64,000 nt of DNA, taken from positions 7,304-71,303 of the forward strand of contig CAYWKF010000014.1 in the NCBI GenBank assembly GCA_964459155.1, given 5' to 3'. Positions within the stretch are counted from its first letter, which is position 1. Each line of letters begins with the position of its first letter. The DNA comes from an uncultured Desulfobacterales bacterium. GTDB taxonomy: Bacteria; Desulfobacterota; Dissulfuribacteria; Dissulfuribacterales; JALVPX01. Position numbers and translations under genes: made by a program. Under the pieces are notes generated by a model that saw only the letters and a list, made by a program, of their open reading frames with translations, had not been told where the DNA came from and made no database searches. Positions 8,877 to 15,516 of the stretch are shown piece after piece.

Positions 8877-9938
8877 TTATTTACCAATATACACTGAAGC
8901 CTTTTGAGAAGGCCCGCTTTCGTTCGGAGGCTGGGCATCGTCTACTGCTGTTACCCAATAGTAGTAACGTCCTGGCCTCTTTTTTCCCCTATCCACATAT
9001 CTGGGCAACGGAATAGGGAGGTTGTTCAGCAGTTTTATGCGCCCTTTGGGATCTTGTCGATATATGAGGTACCCTGCCAAATCGGGTTCTCGATTATCTT
9101 TCCACAGCAGTTCCACCCCCGCATTGGTTGCAATCGCTATAAGACCTGTGGGTGGTTTAGGCGCAATCAGATCTTTGGGTGCAATGGCCACTGGTTCCGT
9201 GGCTTGGCCTTCGATCAACGTTCCGTGGAACATCAATACTGCAGAGACCTTGTACTTGTAACGTATCTTGCCCCTGACCTTTTTATCCAAATAAGAAGTT
9301 TTTTTGACATTGTCTCTCAAAAGTCTCCAACTGTTGTTCTCCACTTTGGATCGATAAATCCTGTAAGAGAGAGGTTTGTCAATTGGTTTCCCATTAGCCC
9401 ATTTTCTGGGTGCATCCCAAATGAGCTTTACCCCTTTTTCTACGGACACTGCCTTTAAATTTCTTGGGGCGTTTGGAGGGGTGTGCCATACTATTTCAAC
9501 CCGGTTGGATGGGTCGCTGGCCACAAACCAGCTTTTAACTGTTTTGACCTCATAAATGTATCTTTTCCCCTCCCTGAGGGTCCGGTCTTCATAGTAGACC
9601 TTCCTTGCCTCTTCGGGTTTTGCTTCAAAGGGAATTCGTATTGGGGGACCAAAAGAAACCGGGCATCCATTACACTGGTTTTCAAGATCTAGCTCAGCCT
9701 TGAAAAGATGAAATTCTTTTATTTTGACGAGCGGGCTACCGTCATGATTTCTTATGGGCACAGTCCAGCTGAGTTCCACTCCTTGTGGTTTGAATCGGCA
9801 TGAGAGATCTTTTATTGCCACAGGTCTAAGCGTTCCTGGCGGCACAGGAGGAGCCTTTCTGCCGCATCCATACAGCAGCAAGAGAGCGAAAATAAATAAA
9901 AGGGTGAAATTCAGATAGTTGCCACGTTTAACGCACAT
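8877..9938 (-). CDS. lipoprotein with three fibronectin-type-III-like repeats (unknown function)
   Basis: The 353-aa ORF has a signal peptide plus lipobox LLLLYG-C followed by GRKAPPVPPG. Three repeat modules of about 90 aa follow, each with a (V/L)xLxW...Y.(I/V)YR...Y.Y.V.AV pattern. It overlaps the argH stop by 11 nt. Confidence 0.6.
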   Translation of the reverse strand: MCVKRGNYLNFTLLFIFALLLLYGCGRKAPPVPPGTLRPVAIKDLSCRFKPQGVELSWTVPIRNHDGSPLVKIKEFHLFKAELDLENQCNGCPVSFGPPIRIPFEAKPEEARKVYYEDRTLREGKRYIYEVKTVKSWFVASDPSNRVEIVWHTPPNAPRNLKAVSVEKGVKLIWDAPRKWANGKPIDKPLSYRIYRSKVENNSWRLLRDNVKKTSYLDKKVRGKIRYKYKVSAVLMFHGTLIEGQATEPVAIAPKDLIAPKPPTGLIAIATNAGVELLWKDNREPDLAGYLIYRQDPKGRIKLLNNLPIPLPRYVDRGKKRPGRYYYWVTAVDDAQPPNESGPSQKASVYIGK

Positions 9939-11343
9939 TTAATGGAACTCCGCTGCTATTCAGCCATTGGCGGGCCTCTTCCAATGCTTCTCTTACCCTG
10001 GCGGAAGCCGTTCCACCCTTTGACATACGGGATTCGGCAGAGCCCTTGGGCGTAAGCACTTCATAGAGGTCTTCCTCAATGAGCGGACTGAGTCTCTTCA
10101 ATTCGTCCAAGGGCATTTCATGCAGTTCCATACCCCGTTCAGAACACTTAGCCACTGCTTTGCCGACAATCTCATGGGCGGTCCTGAAAGGCACGCCTTT
10201 CTGAACCAGATAGTCAGCAAAGTCTGTGGCAGTAACAAATCCTTTTTGAAGGGCCTGTTCCATTCTATCTTTTTTGGGCCTTATTTCTGGAACTAGTGCA
10301 GACATCACTCTTGCGCAAGCGGCCACTGTATCCAGGGCATCAAACAATATTTCTTTATCTTCTTGAAGATCCCGGTTATAAGCCAGCGGGAGCCCCTTTA
10401 ACAAAGTAAGTGCAGCCATCAAATGGCCATAGACCCGGCCGGTTTTACCACGCACAAGTTCAGGCACGTCAGGATTTTTTTTCTGCGGCATGATGCTGGA
10501 ACCTGTACAGAAGGAATCCGGCAATTCCACAAAATCAAATTCCTGGCTCGACCACAGGACAAGCTCCTCTGAAAGCCTGCTGAGGTGTGCCATAACAAGG
10601 CTGGCTGAAGCAAGAAATTCCACAATAAAATCGCGGTCTCCCACTGCATCCATACTGTTTCTGGATATCTCTGCAAAGCCAAGTTCCTGGGCAGTGTAAT
10701 CACGATCAATGGGAAAACCTGTTCCTGCAAGGGCAGCACTTCCAAGTGGGCACACATCAACTCGTTTCAAACAGTCACGCAGCCGTTCCCTGTCCCGCCT
10801 GAACATCTCAAAATAGGCGAGCATGTGGTGCCCCCACAACACCGGCTGGGCACGTTGAAGGTGCGTATAACCAGGCATCAAATAATCGAGGAAATGTTCG
10901 GCCTGGAAAAGCAGACCGCGCTGCAGTTCAAAAAGAGTGGCATCCAGTGCAGCTATTTCGTCTTTGAGAAAGAGCCTTACGTCAGTGGCCACCTGGTCGT
11001 TCCGGCTCCTTGCCGTATGAAGCCGCCTGCCAGCATCACCAATTTTCTCGATAAGGGCCTGTTCTATGTTCATATGGACATCTTCCAGTGATTTATGCCA
11101 CTTGAATCGTCCGGATTCTATTTCCTCAAGGATATTTTCAAGGCATTTGACAATGGCTTCTCCATCCTCTTTGGATATTATCCCTTGCTTAGCAAGCATT
11201 TTTGCATGGGCAATGCTGCCAATTATGTCTTGTTTGTATAGGCGCTTATCGAAGTGGACAGAGGCAGTAAAATCATCAACTAGCGACTCGGTCGTCTCTT
11301 TGAAACGGCCTCCCCACAATTTTTTTTCTTTCTTGTTATTCAT
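9928..11343 (-). CDS. argH: argininosuccinate lyase
   Basis: The 471-aa ORF has LWGGRF, TARSRNDQV, the fumarate-lyase signature GSSIMPQKKNPD, and HLQRAQP. Confidence 0.95.
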   Translation of the reverse strand: MNNKKEKKLWGGRFKETTESLVDDFTASVHFDKRLYKQDIIGSIAHAKMLAKQGIISKEDGEAIVKCLENILEEIESGRFKWHKSLEDVHMNIEQALIEKIGDAGRRLHTARSRNDQVATDVRLFLKDEIAALDATLFELQRGLLFQAEHFLDYLMPGYTHLQRAQPVLWGHHMLAYFEMFRRDRERLRDCLKRVDVCPLGSAALAGTGFPIDRDYTAQELGFAEISRNSMDAVGDRDFIVEFLASASLVMAHLSRLSEELVLWSSQEFDFVELPDSFCTGSSIMPQKKNPDVPELVRGKTGRVYGHLMAALTLLKGLPLAYNRDLQEDKEILFDALDTVAACARVMSALVPEIRPKKDRMEQALQKGFVTATDFADYLVQKGVPFRTAHEIVGKAVAKCSERGMELHEMPLDELKRLSPLIEEDLYEVLTPKGSAESRMSKGGTASARVREALEEARQWLNSSGVPLNVR

Positions 11344-11461
11344 AATAGTTAGTAGTGGGCTTACAAATTTTAAGGTTGCGCCTAGTTTTTACTTGGGAAA
11401 GGGAAAAATCGCAATACAATCAGTTAGAAATTATAGACGGAATTCCTTCATTTTAAAAAAA

Positions 11462-11668
11462 GGTACGGCAGCTTACCTTGCACCTTTTGCCCTCCGGCTC
11501 CACCTCGCATTTCTGCATCTTCTAAGGCTTGCTCCGCTGGAAGTTGCACAACTCGCCTGCCTGTAGCAGGCTCAAACAGTACAACTTCAGGACGCTACGC
11601 TTCGCCCAGAATCTGCAAGAAATTGCTCACAGTCGCTACGGGCAAAAATGCAAGCCCGCTGCCCAACC
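11462..11668. ncRNA. candidate structured ncRNA: a rod-like imperfect hairpin of about 200 nt with a large internal bubble (6S-RNA-like architecture); strand unresolved
   Basis: I paired these segments by hand:
- 11467-72 GGCAGC with 11658-63 GCTGCC
- 11477-82 CTTGCA with 11649-54 TGCAAG
- 11485-92 TTTTGCCC with 11640-47 GGGCAAAA
- an internal loop of about 14/13 nt
- 11509-17 ATTTCTGCA with 11614-23 TGCAAGAAAT (one bulge)
- 11520-23 with 11608-11
- 11526-28 with 11604-06
- 11540-46 GAAGTTG with 11582-88 CAACTTC
- an apical hairpin GCCTGC-ctgta-GCAGGC at 11555-71

No credible ORF covers the region. Hairpin-plus-T-tract elements flank it on both strands: minus strand AAGGTA-N8-TACCTT-TTTTT at 11455-11479, and plus strand at 11705-11735. 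Confidence 0.3.
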
Positions 11669-11795
11669 ATCCAAACTCCAAAGAATTATTAGGTTCCCGG
11701 ATGTCTGGCTAAAATTTTAGGACTAGCCGGCTTTTAAAAAATCTGGTTCTGAAGGGTGGCAATTTGAGGGTAAATTATAACGCAGAGCCAGGGAT

Positions 11796-11899
11796 GTTTA
11801 GAGGATTTTCACGAAGAGACCTTTAGCGTGACAAGTACCAACATTCCCAGAAACCGCACGAAAAGAACTCTAAAGGCACTGAGGGAAAATCCTCTAAAC
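11796..11899. repeat. 104-bp nested inverted repeat (15-bp perfect arms plus an inner 7-bp arm pair)
   Basis: GTTTAGAGGATTTTC at 11796-11810 is the exact reverse complement of GAAAATCCTCTAAAC at 11885-11899. An inner pair, CCTTTAG near 11820 and CTAAAGG near 11870, is also complementary. The element is non-coding. Confidence 0.8.
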
Positions 11900-12030
11900 C
11901 TTGGAATATGAGAAAATTATTAAGGAGAGAAAGATTAGTTTGTAAAGCCGGGTGTTTTAGAGCTGGAGTAATAATATAAATAAAGGTTTTTTAGAGGTCT
12001 CAAGTGAAATGTGCCGATAATAAATAAGGT

Positions 12031-13086
12031 ATGCTTATTTTAGATAAATTGATAAGTGAACTTTTTTCCTACAGGCCAACTAAGTCAGACAATCTTTCTG
12101 CAGCTAAGGAAAGTGCATCAGGGGTTGTAAACGACAAAGGAGCGGTAATAGAAGGCAGAGTGATACAAGCGGTAGGAAGAATAAGTGCCATTGAGACCGG
12201 CGACGGTACTTTACGGGCTGAAAGCCATGTAGACCTAAAATTGGGTGCCAGGGTCAAGCTTGAAATAATTGAGCCAGGTAATCCTGCCAAAGTAAGGCTT
12301 TTGGCCCAGGAAGTAAGCCCGTTAAATAACAGGCAAAGGGCAGCTATTTCCTTTTTGACTATGAGGGCTTCTCTTTCCGAGTTCAAGGAATCTTTGGGAC
12401 GGTTAATAGGTCAGGTGGAGGGTAGATCTTCAGAAGGAATAGAGACATCAGAGGTTAGGGCACCTGATTCAAAAGTGTCTGAAACCTTTCGTCTTCTGGG
12501 TCAGGATTCCCAGCCTCTTCCCGAAAAAGTGCGTAGTTGGGTTGCAATAAAAAAGTTTGCCATAAATCTTGAGGATGTCCAAGTCAAAGTTAACGAGAAC
12601 AGGCTTGGAGGTGAAGTCAAAGAGGCGGTCAAAGATGTTATGAGCCATTTGCAAGGAGCCAACTTAACTGAACAAAAGGTGACCCATGAGTTACGAATAC
12701 CTTTTTATCTTATACCATTTTGGTTCAAAGATGGGGAAAATGCAGGCTATTTGAGCATGTGGAGAGATATTGATGAGTCTGACGGTGAGGGTAGGCAAGA
12801 AAGTTTCTGCCTTTTTTTTGATCTTTCCATGCAAAAGTTGGGGGAAACGAGGCTACAAATTATGTCTGATAGAAAGGACCTCTATGTGATGATCTCAGCT
12901 TCGAAACAGTCATTGAGGATTTTAAGGGACAATTTCGGAGAGTTGGCATCGAGGCTAAATCAAGCGGGATTCAGGATAATCGGTTTAGATTTTGTTCAAA
13001 AAGAAGAGGGCGGTACTGATCTGCCTATTCCACTGGCTGATAGTATAGATAACAGCTTTTCTGGCAATATTCATATCATAGCGTGA
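12031..13086 (+). CDS. flagellar hook-length control protein (FliK)-like protein
   Basis: In the 351-aa ORF, the C-terminal segment FDLSMQKLGETRLQIMSDRKDLYVMISASKQSLRILRDNFGELASRLNQAGFRIIGLDF resembles the FliK C-terminal (Flg_hook) domain pattern. It overlaps the downstream FlhB-C-like gene by 4 nt and lies in a flagellar neighbourhood. The start codon is uncertain because the RBS AAGG is very close. Confidence 0.5.
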   Translation: MLILDKLISELFSYRPTKSDNLSAAKESASGVVNDKGAVIEGRVIQAVGRISAIETGDGTLRAESHVDLKLGARVKLEIIEPGNPAKVRLLAQEVSPLNNRQRAAISFLTMRASLSEFKESLGRLIGQVEGRSSEGIETSEVRAPDSKVSETFRLLGQDSQPLPEKVRSWVAIKKFAINLEDVQVKVNENRLGGEVKEAVKDVMSHLQGANLTEQKVTHELRIPFYLIPFWFKDGENAGYLSMWRDIDESDGEGRQESFCLFFDLSMQKLGETRLQIMSDRKDLYVMISASKQSLRILRDNFGELASRLNQAGFRIIGLDFVQKEEGGTDLPIPLADSIDNSFSGNIHIIA

Positions 13087-13355
13087 AAGAGGACAAAAAA
13101 AAGATAAAGCAGGCAGTGGCCCTGCGTTATAAGGATGGCGAAGATAAAGCGCCGAAGGTCGCAGCAAAAGGGCAGGGCGTAATAGCGGAAAAGATAATTG
13201 CCTTGGCAAGAGAGGCTGGTGTGCCTGTAAAAGAAGATTCTGATCTTGTTGAGGTGCTATCTAAGCTCGAGGTTGATGAGCACATACCACCAGAGACATA
13301 CGTGGTGGTGGCGGAAATTTTGGCATGGGTATATAGGGTCAATAAAAAGTCCTAA
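13083..13355 (+). CDS. stand-alone FlhB C-terminal-domain-like protein (EscU/YscU/HrcU family, YlqH-like)
   Basis: The 90-aa ORF reads AVALRYKDGEDKAPKVAAKGQGVIAEKIIALAREAGVPVKEDSDLVEVLSKLEVDEHIPPETYVVVAEILAWVY. This matches the part of FlhB that follows the NPTH autocleavage site. Confidence 0.75.
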   Translation: MKEDKKKIKQAVALRYKDGEDKAPKVAAKGQGVIAEKIIALAREAGVPVKEDSDLVEVLSKLEVDEHIPPETYVVVAEILAWVYRVNKKS

Positions 13356-13364
13356 ACTACACAA

Positions 13365-13392
13365 AAAGAGGCGTTTCTTATACGCCCCTTTC
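13365..13392. terminator. possible bidirectional intrinsic terminator between convergent genes
   Basis: The hairpin is AAAGAGGCG-tttcttata-CGCCCCTTT, with one A/C mismatch. An A-run lies upstream and a short TTTCTC downstream. It sits between the stop of the flhB-C-like gene (13355) and the stop of the minus-strand ORF (13414). Confidence 0.35.
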
Positions 13393-13413
13393 TCAAAGGT
13401 CTTGGTTTTTTTG

Positions 13414-13710
13414 TCACTTTTGGATCATTTTCTTAAAATCTACGTACAAGTCTTTGATTCTTTTCCTCAAATCAGCTATTTTTCCGTGCAATTCTTCATG
13501 GCCATAGCGAGGTTCTGGCAGTGAAAAGATTATTCCATGCAGTTCATCTATATAACCCTCAATGGACTTTTCCCATTCAGGATGACCAGCATGTTCAACT
13601 TCGGAAGCCTCTTTGATCTCGTCTTCCAATCTTTTTAGGGCCTCTTCCAGGGTCTTGATGTAATCCTTTTGAATTGCAACCAATTTTTCCTGCATCTCAA
13701 CCACGTTCAT
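13414..13710 (-). CDS. hypothetical small Glu/His/Lys-rich, probably coiled-coil protein
   Basis: The 98-aa ORF has a strong RBS (AGGAGGTGATAAAATG on the minus strand) and heptad-like charged sequence. I recognise no family motif. Confidence 0.5.
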   Translation of the reverse strand: MNVVEMQEKLVAIQKDYIKTLEEALKRLEDEIKEASEVEHAGHPEWEKSIEGYIDELHGIIFSLPEPRYGHEELHGKIADLRKRIKDLYVDFKKMIQK

Positions 13711-13845
13711 TTTATCACCTCCTGTTCAGATTTTATATCTGACTAGAAGATGTGCACCCATGAATAAAAGTCAACCTGCCGTTTTTGTGAACGTGTTCAT
13801 GATGGCAGGGTAAGCTGCCATGAAGGGTATATAGGAGAAACAAAA

Positions 13846-14304
13846 TCAAACAGCTTCTTTCAAAGGAGCATTCTTAGCCGAAGTAATGGGGTATTTGACA
13901 GGATATTTTACCGGATCCAATATGAGTTGGGCTCCAAGCCTTGTTTCAACGTTTATGACAATGGGCCCTAACAGATTCACGGTCACACTTTGCTGAGGTT
14001 TTCCGGAAATGGTTACAAGAAGGAGCACCTCCACTTGCTCAGGCCCTTCTATTTTGAGCATTTCCTGCACGTCGTCTGAAATCTTAAAAGAATAATCTTC
14101 TACACACACAGCAGAAGGACTTATGGTTACAAAGGCAAGATCCCCATCATCCAGTGATTGAAGCCACCAAAAAAGAGATTCGCTCCCGTGAGGAAACAAA
14201 ATAAACCGCTTGGATTCAGGGAAACCCAATATCCCTTGTGGAAAGGTTATAATCTTATCAGGTTCAACATCAATAGTACCGAATCTGGTCGTGTCAATTC
14301 TCAT
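13846..14304 (-). CDS. fliW: flagellar assembly factor FliW
   Basis: The 152-aa ORF has an N-terminus characteristic of FliW, TRFGTIDVEPDKIITFPQGILGFPESKRFILF. It lies directly downstream of csrA. Confidence 0.88.
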   Translation of the reverse strand: MRIDTTRFGTIDVEPDKIITFPQGILGFPESKRFILFPHGSESLFWWLQSLDDGDLAFVTISPSAVCVEDYSFKISDDVQEMLKIEGPEQVEVLLLVTISGKPQQSVTVNLLGPIVINVETRLGAQLILDPVKYPVKYPITSAKNAPLKEAV

Positions 14305-14318
14305 TTCTTACTTCGCCT

Positions 14319-14546
14319 CTACCCAACAACAGGCAAGTCCTCCAGTATGGTCAAATCCACAGGGGATTGTGCAGCTTGCCTGTTTTCCTGTTCGATTTTC
14401 AAGAAGACTTCCTCGCGTAGTACCGATATCCTATCAGGGGCATTTATGCCAATTCTTACTTGGCGGCCTTTTATTTCCAAGACTTCTATTACTATGTCGT
14501 TTCCAATCCTGATTTTTTCGCCAGGTCTGCGTCTCAATACCAGCAT
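14319..14546 (-). CDS. csrA: carbon storage regulator / translational repressor CsrA
   Basis: The sequence MLVLRRRPGEKIRIGNDIVIEVLEIKGRQVRIGINAPDRISVLREEV matches the CsrA consensus. I trimmed the track ORF (start 14567) to the conserved MLVL start at 14546. Confidence 0.9.
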   Translation of the reverse strand: MLVLRRRPGEKIRIGNDIVIEVLEIKGRQVRIGINAPDRISVLREEVFLKIEQENRQAAQSPVDLTILEDLPVVG

Positions 14547-14612
14547 GTTCAGGGCCCTCCTTGGCACCTATCTCCAGCCCAAAAAGTAGGCTGAGCTTCT
14601 GGATAAAAGATA

Positions 14613-15506
14613 CTAAATAAAGTTTGCCAGGCTTATCTGCATTACTTTAGAGGCCGAAGCCAAAGCTGCCTGATAAGTAGTTTCCAGGGTGCGCAATTTT
14701 GTTATTGCCTCAAGTATGTCAGTGTCTTCTAGATCTGACAGCCTTTCCGTGTTGGTGACCGTAAGCGTTTCAGCCATTTCATCCTTGTTTTCAAGGGTGT
14801 TTGCCTGGGCACCCAATATGGCAGTCAGGTCAGCTATGTTGGCTATGGCCTTGTCCAATTCTCCCATTGCATCCCGTATGCCAGCATCGCTATTTGCATT
14901 GAGGGCGTCATGCAACAGATCCAAGGCCTCAAACACCTTGGAATCCTGTAGCTTCTTGCCATCTAGACCAATAGTCTGCGTCACATTTGACGCCACGTCT
15001 ATGGAAAGAGCGTCATTGTTTCCATCATATTCCACTGTGCCGTCATCATTCAGAACAAAGGGGCGGCGGTTAGTTTCATATCCTGTTGTCTTGGTGCCGC
15101 CGAATATGTATCTGTTGCCCAAGCGGGTATTACCCAAGGCCACGGTTTCTTCAAGTATGTATGCTACTTCCTTGGCCAGCGTTTTGCGGTCTGAAGAACT
15201 CAATGTCCCGTTTGCGCCTTGTATGGCCAAGGTCTTCGCTCTGATAAGCCTGTCCTGGATCTGTTGCAATGCAGACTCTGAGGTTTCCACCCAGCCTTTG
15301 CCATATTGGATGTTTCGTGAATATTGTTTTGTTTCCTGAATGGAATTTCTAAGGTTGAGAGCGTGGGTGAGGGCAACAGGCGCATCTGACGGCCTGTGAT
15401 AAATGCGGCCGGATGCTATGGATGTGTTAGTATCTGCCTGTTTTTCTACAATTCTCCCAAGATCGGTATTGATCTGGTCATACATTGTGTTCATGGTGAC
15501 TCGCAT
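14613..15506 (-). CDS. flgL: flagellar hook-associated protein 3 (FlgL)
   Basis: The 297-aa ORF has flagellin-type N- and C-terminal helical regions (MRVTMNTMY..., C-terminal LEDTDILEAITKLRTLETTYQAALASASKVMQISLANFI). It follows flgK. Confidence 0.85.
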   Translation of the reverse strand: MRVTMNTMYDQINTDLGRIVEKQADTNTSIASGRIYHRPSDAPVALTHALNLRNSIQETKQYSRNIQYGKGWVETSESALQQIQDRLIRAKTLAIQGANGTLSSSDRKTLAKEVAYILEETVALGNTRLGNRYIFGGTKTTGYETNRRPFVLNDDGTVEYDGNNDALSIDVASNVTQTIGLDGKKLQDSKVFEALDLLHDALNANSDAGIRDAMGELDKAIANIADLTAILGAQANTLENKDEMAETLTVTNTERLSDLEDTDILEAITKLRTLETTYQAALASASKVMQISLANFI

Positions 15507-15516
15507 CTAGGTACCC

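Noticed and set aside
11740-11960. The idea that this non-coding stretch is a CsrB/RsmZ-like CsrA-sponge RNA. I counted six GGA motifs in it.
   Set aside because: Six GGA in about 200 nt is only modestly above chance, and most are not in obvious hairpin loops. FliW-type CsrA systems are generally antagonised by protein rather than by sRNA. I kept this only as a speculative link in the CsrA finding.
11952-11966. A GTTTTAGAGCTGGAG motif that resembles the start of type II-A CRISPR repeats.
   Set aside because: It occurs once. The window has no regularly spaced repeat/spacer array, no cas genes and no anti-repeat. I regard it as a chance resemblance and as part of the TTTAGAG motif family noted in the findings.
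14689-15339. Long antisense or alternative-frame ORFs inside well-supported genes, for example 14689-15339, 5375-5830, 19184-19639, 49061-49600 and 53159-53560.
   Set aside because: Each lies fully within a gene that has strong family motifs on the other strand or frame. Their sequences are low-complexity (Ser/Pro/Arg-rich), and they have no RBS or motif.
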